Assembly: GCA_051886175.1 (NCBI GenBank)
Contig: JBJEXV010000003.1
Coordinates: 1 to 63,105 of the forward strand
Source of the DNA: Candidatus Coprovivens sp.
GTDB taxonomy: Bacteria > Bacillota_I > Bacilli_A > RF39 > UBA660
Direction: 5' to 3'
DNA: 63,105 bases
A program made the position numbers and the translations under genes. This document shows, piece after piece, positions 60,071-63,105 of this stretch. Every line of letters starts with the position of its first letter. Position 1 is the stretch's first letter. The notes below the pieces were generated by a model. It had not been told where the DNA came from. It saw only the letters and a program-made list of their open reading frames with translations, and searched no databases.

Positions 60071-61131
60071 TTTACTTCATCCTTTCTTAGGATATTAAGC
60101 ATTATTATTATACATATTATTGAGAATACTGCTATCACTATACAGTTATATAATTTAGATAATTTAATAAAGAAGATTGGTACTGTACCGAGGAATAATC
60201 CTATTGTAGTTAAACCAAATGCTAAACCTGGTTTATTTTTTAATACTGATACTAGTATTGCTAATGTAATTGACATTGTCATACTAAACATTAATACTCC
60301 TATTAAAGATATTAACATTAAGTCATCTCCAAATAATAGGAATGGTAATGCTAGTAAGATACTAATAATTGCTGTTTTTCTAATACCTATCCAATCTGAT
60401 AATATTCCACCTAGGGCTTTTCCTGTACCCATAGCAAAATATAATAGAATTGTTTGGAATACTGTTTTATTCCAGGATGTTGGTATTCCATAACCCATAT
60501 AACCTCTTACTATTACAACAAATATTGCTAGTAAGATAATAATGAATGGGTTTATTTTTTTATTTATATAATTAAAGTTTTTACAAGGTTGGTTTTCTTT
60601 GTCGGCTTCTTTTCTATATTCATCTGCAAGTAAGATAAATGGTATCATTGTTAAACCAAGTAATACTAGAAATAAGTATGAGAAGTTTAGGGTTCCTAGT
60701 AATTTACCTGTTATAACTCCGAATGATCCTCCTGCTACGAATATGGCACTATGTGATAGTTTACCATCTGATGCACGAAGTGTTGTTTCAGCTCCACTTA
60801 CGTGCAAGCAAGCATTCCCTAAACAAAGGATAATTAATGGAATGTAACCTAATATATGTAAGTTACAAGTTATTAAACCTATTAATAAAAGAATAGTTCC
60901 TATAATACCTATGTTTATTTTAGGATATTTATCACTTATATAACCGATTAGGGATTGTGGTACGAATGCAAATGCATCATACATAAAAGGTGCTATCCAT
61001 AGGAATATAGAGTCTCCTAATAGTTTAGCTAATGTATAAAAGCAAATTACTTCTACTACAAAGTGAATATAGAAATATAAGTAGCCAGCTCCGATATTTT
61101 TTTGCATCAGAACAGACTTTAATGTTCGCAA
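60067..61131 (-). CDS. Polytopic membrane transporter-like protein (MFS-like)
   Basis: 354 aa with about 10 hydrophobic helices. No diagnostic motif recognised. Confidence 0.4.
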   Translation of the reverse strand: MRTLKSVLMQKNIGAGYLYFYIHFVVEVICFYTLAKLLGDSIFLWIAPFMYDAFAFVPQSLIGYISDKYPKINIGIIGTILLLIGLITCNLHILGYIPLIILCLGNACLHVSGAETTLRASDGKLSHSAIFVAGGSFGVITGKLLGTLNFSYLFLVLLGLTMIPFILLADEYRKEADKENQPCKNFNYINKKINPFIIILLAIFVVIVRGYMGYGIPTSWNKTVFQTILLYFAMGTGKALGGILSDWIGIRKTAIISILLALPFLLFGDDLMLISLIGVLMFSMTMSITLAILVSVLKNKPGLAFGLTTIGLFLGTVPIFFIKLSKLYNCIVIAVFSIICIIIMLNILRKDEVK

Positions 61132-61268
61132 TATATCACTTCCCTACTATTGTCAATATTATAGCATATAGAAATAATAAAAATAATAGTTTGTATTAAT
61201 ATTTTTTTATTTCTTGTAAGTGGTTAAAAATTATGATAGAGTAATAACCGTTTATGGAGGAAATTAAA

Positions 61269-62381
61269 ATGGGATTAAAAGATAGTATAAAGAAGATACT
61301 TGGTATAAAAAAAGAAGTTAAAGATACTTATGAAAAGGTACCTACTCAATTAGATATATTAATTGATAATGATGAATTGATTGTTACTTTAGGTCAATGG
61401 ATGGGTATTTATCCTGATACTGTTAAAAGTGGTGGTAATGGATTTTGTGTATATACACATTTAGATGCTAAAGATTATTTAAGAAGACATCGTCCTACTG
61501 TTAAAGAAAGAGATCAAATAGAAAATAGATTAGCTAATATATTAAGGCAAGTTGGTTATGATATTGAAGATATTTGTGTATTAGATGAATTTGATAGTGA
61601 AAACTTAAAGTTTATTGGAACTTTCTTATCTCTTACTGGAAATGCTGAGTTTAGTTTAAGATTCGGAGATTTCTTTGAAGAACCACGTAATTTAAGAATT
61701 GCTCATAATGGAAGTTATTCTATTTATAATTATCAACATGCTACTAAGAATAGACCTGATATGGTTACTTTAGATACTGTTACTAAAGATATTGATGAAA
61801 GTAGAGAGTTCCATAGATTTGTAAGTGAGTTTACTTATTATGGGGATTTATATGATGATGAAAATAGATTAGAAGTTGAAGTTAAGTATCCTGAAAGTTT
61901 AGGTAATGGGGATTCAATTGATAATCCTTATGTAGATACTAAAAAAATGGAAGAAATTATATCTGGAATTACATTCCCTTGTGATATTGAAGATGTATGT
62001 AGTAGAATTGCTGAAGGTTTAAGTATTGATGCTGCATTATTTCCAAGAGTATGCGTTATAGTTAAGAAAAAAATTAATGGTAAGGATCGTATTACTGATG
62101 AAGCTTATTTTAAAGATGGTAAGTTTGAGAAGTTAGTTATTACTAAGAATGGTAGAAGAATTATTATAGATAGATTTAATAATTGGACTTATGATACTGA
62201 TACTCATACTGTTAATCATATGGCTGAACATGAAGTTAGTTATGGAATTAAGGGAATGCCAATTGATCAATTAGAAGCAATGCCTACTCCACAAGAGTTA
62301 GTAAGTAATGCTGAGGCGGAAATCGAAAATGTAAGAGGTATGTCATATACTTTATTTAATAAAAAAAGCAAATCTAATTAA
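61269..62381 (+). CDS. Hypothetical cytoplasmic protein (the only plus-strand gene)
   Basis: Long ORF. Start placed at the ATG at 61269, behind GGAGGAAATTAAA. No motif recognised. Confidence 0.5.
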   Translation: MGLKDSIKKILGIKKEVKDTYEKVPTQLDILIDNDELIVTLGQWMGIYPDTVKSGGNGFCVYTHLDAKDYLRRHRPTVKERDQIENRLANILRQVGYDIEDICVLDEFDSENLKFIGTFLSLTGNAEFSLRFGDFFEEPRNLRIAHNGSYSIYNYQHATKNRPDMVTLDTVTKDIDESREFHRFVSEFTYYGDLYDDENRLEVEVKYPESLGNGDSIDNPYVDTKKMEEIISGITFPCDIEDVCSRIAEGLSIDAALFPRVCVIVKKKINGKDRITDEAYFKDGKFEKLVITKNGRRIIIDRFNNWTYDTDTHTVNHMAEHEVSYGIKGMPIDQLEAMPTPQELVSNAEAEIENVRGMSYTLFNKKSKSN

Positions 62382-63105
62382 GATTTGCTTTTTACATATG
62401 ATAATAATTTATCTTTGTGTGGTAATCCACTTGTATAGATACTAGACAGTAAACTATTTTTATTAAATGGTACTAATCTTTTTTCTATTTCAAATGACCC
62501 ATCTTTTGTTTCTTTTAGAACATAGTAGCAAGCGTCGCTATTTTCTTTTTTCGAATCGTAGCCCATACCTACTGCTCTTAAAGTATAGATTTCTGTATCT
62601 CCTACTATATCTTCCATATGGAAGTGAACGTGTCCTTGAATAATTGAATCATAAGATGTTACCATTTTGCCACCAAATAGTGGTTCGTTTCTAGAAGCAA
62701 CATATCCTTTTATTTTAGATGTATGTTTTTTATGTGTTGTAATAAAGTTATTTATTTTCTTTTTAGCTTCTTCACTATTTGTGTATAGGAATTGTTTTGC
62801 AGCATTACCCATTTTATAGTTTGCTTGGTAAGTATGGGTACTTCTTTCGTGATAGTCCCATCTTACATCGTTAGCAAAGTGGCATAGTGCTATTTTTTTA
62901 TTTCCAACTAATATATCTATTGATGCTGGATATAGTTTTATTTTGTTTATTCTAGATGGTCCTAATTGGGAAGCTGTCCATTCTTGGATTGCTTCTTTTT
63001 CTGGATAGAAGTATGTAAATGGTTTGGTACCTAATGTGTTATAGTATTCGCTATTACCAGCTACTGATACTACGCCATATTCTTCTAGTAAATCAAATAC
63101 TTCAG
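62378..63105 (-). CDS. Metallophosphoesterase-family protein; 5' end lies beyond the window
   Basis: The reading frame stays open upstream of the listed Met to the window edge (...VAGNSEYY...IALCHFANDVRWDY...). It contains GHVHFH (GHxH-type) and GN-type phosphoesterase motifs. Confidence 0.55.
   Translation of the reverse strand, partial: EVFDLLEEYGVVSVAGNSEYYNTLGTKPFTYFYPEKEAIQEWTASQLGPSRINKIKLYPASIDILVGNKKIALCHFANDVRWDYHERSTHTYQANYKMGNAAKQFLYTNSEEAKKKINNFITTHKKHTSKIKGYVASRNEPLFGGKMVTSYDSIIQGHVHFHMEDIVGDTEIYTLRAVGMGYDSKKENSDACYYVLKETKDGSFEIEKRLVPFNKNSLLSSIYTSGLPHKDKLLSYVKSKS

Overview
This is a very AT-rich window read with the standard genetic code: TGA is used as a stop and Trp is TGG. 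A T-box leader and AGGAGG-type ribosome-binding sites point to a Firmicutes or Mollicutes-related host; that host assignment is inference. All recognisable genes but one lie on the minus strand. I saw no rRNA, tRNA, CRISPR array, transposase or integrase.

The window falls into three blocks.

(1) 61-25410: a roughly 23.6-kb operon. A single promoter near 23.7 kb drives four membrane-anchored surface proteins of 252, 3396, 1827 and 530 aa. These are followed by an F1-ATPase-like module in the order c-like, b-like, alpha-like, gamma-like, beta-like, epsilon-like, and then a small polytopic membrane protein. No a or delta subunit is recognisable. The c-like protein lacks the ion-binding carboxylate. 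This resembles the 'F1-like X0' ATPases of mycoplasmas, here joined in one operon with giant surface proteins. It is my top candidate for a novel system. A separately transcribed 540-aa propeller-like surface protein lies upstream.

(2) About 25.4-44.6 kb: an accessory, defence-like island.
- a 587-aa protein with two RNxxxH (HEPN) motifs
- a second large protein with an N-terminal HEPN-like region
- DinD-like and KilA-N proteins
- topoisomerase III
- a stand-alone reverse transcriptase preceded by a roughly 300-nt structured non-coding leader
- a RelE-like toxin paired with an HTH-ImmA protein
- an MqsR-like toxin paired with a zinc-ribbon/HTH/Panacea antitoxin
- four copies of a conserved roughly 45-bp intergenic element
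- a T-box-controlled gltX and an MscS-type channel interspersed among these

(3) 44.6-63.1 kb: mostly housekeeping or accessory metabolism.
- GH13 glycosidase
- DagK-like lipid kinase
- CofE-like protein
- NCS2 purine permease
- APH-like kinase
- HIT protein
- an operon of two paralogous SH3b-like surface proteins. One has a cytoplasmic tail made of eight 72-bp (24-aa) tandem repeats. An unlisted 48-aa membrane ORF sits in the same operon.

All family assignments come from reading motifs by eye, not from database searches.
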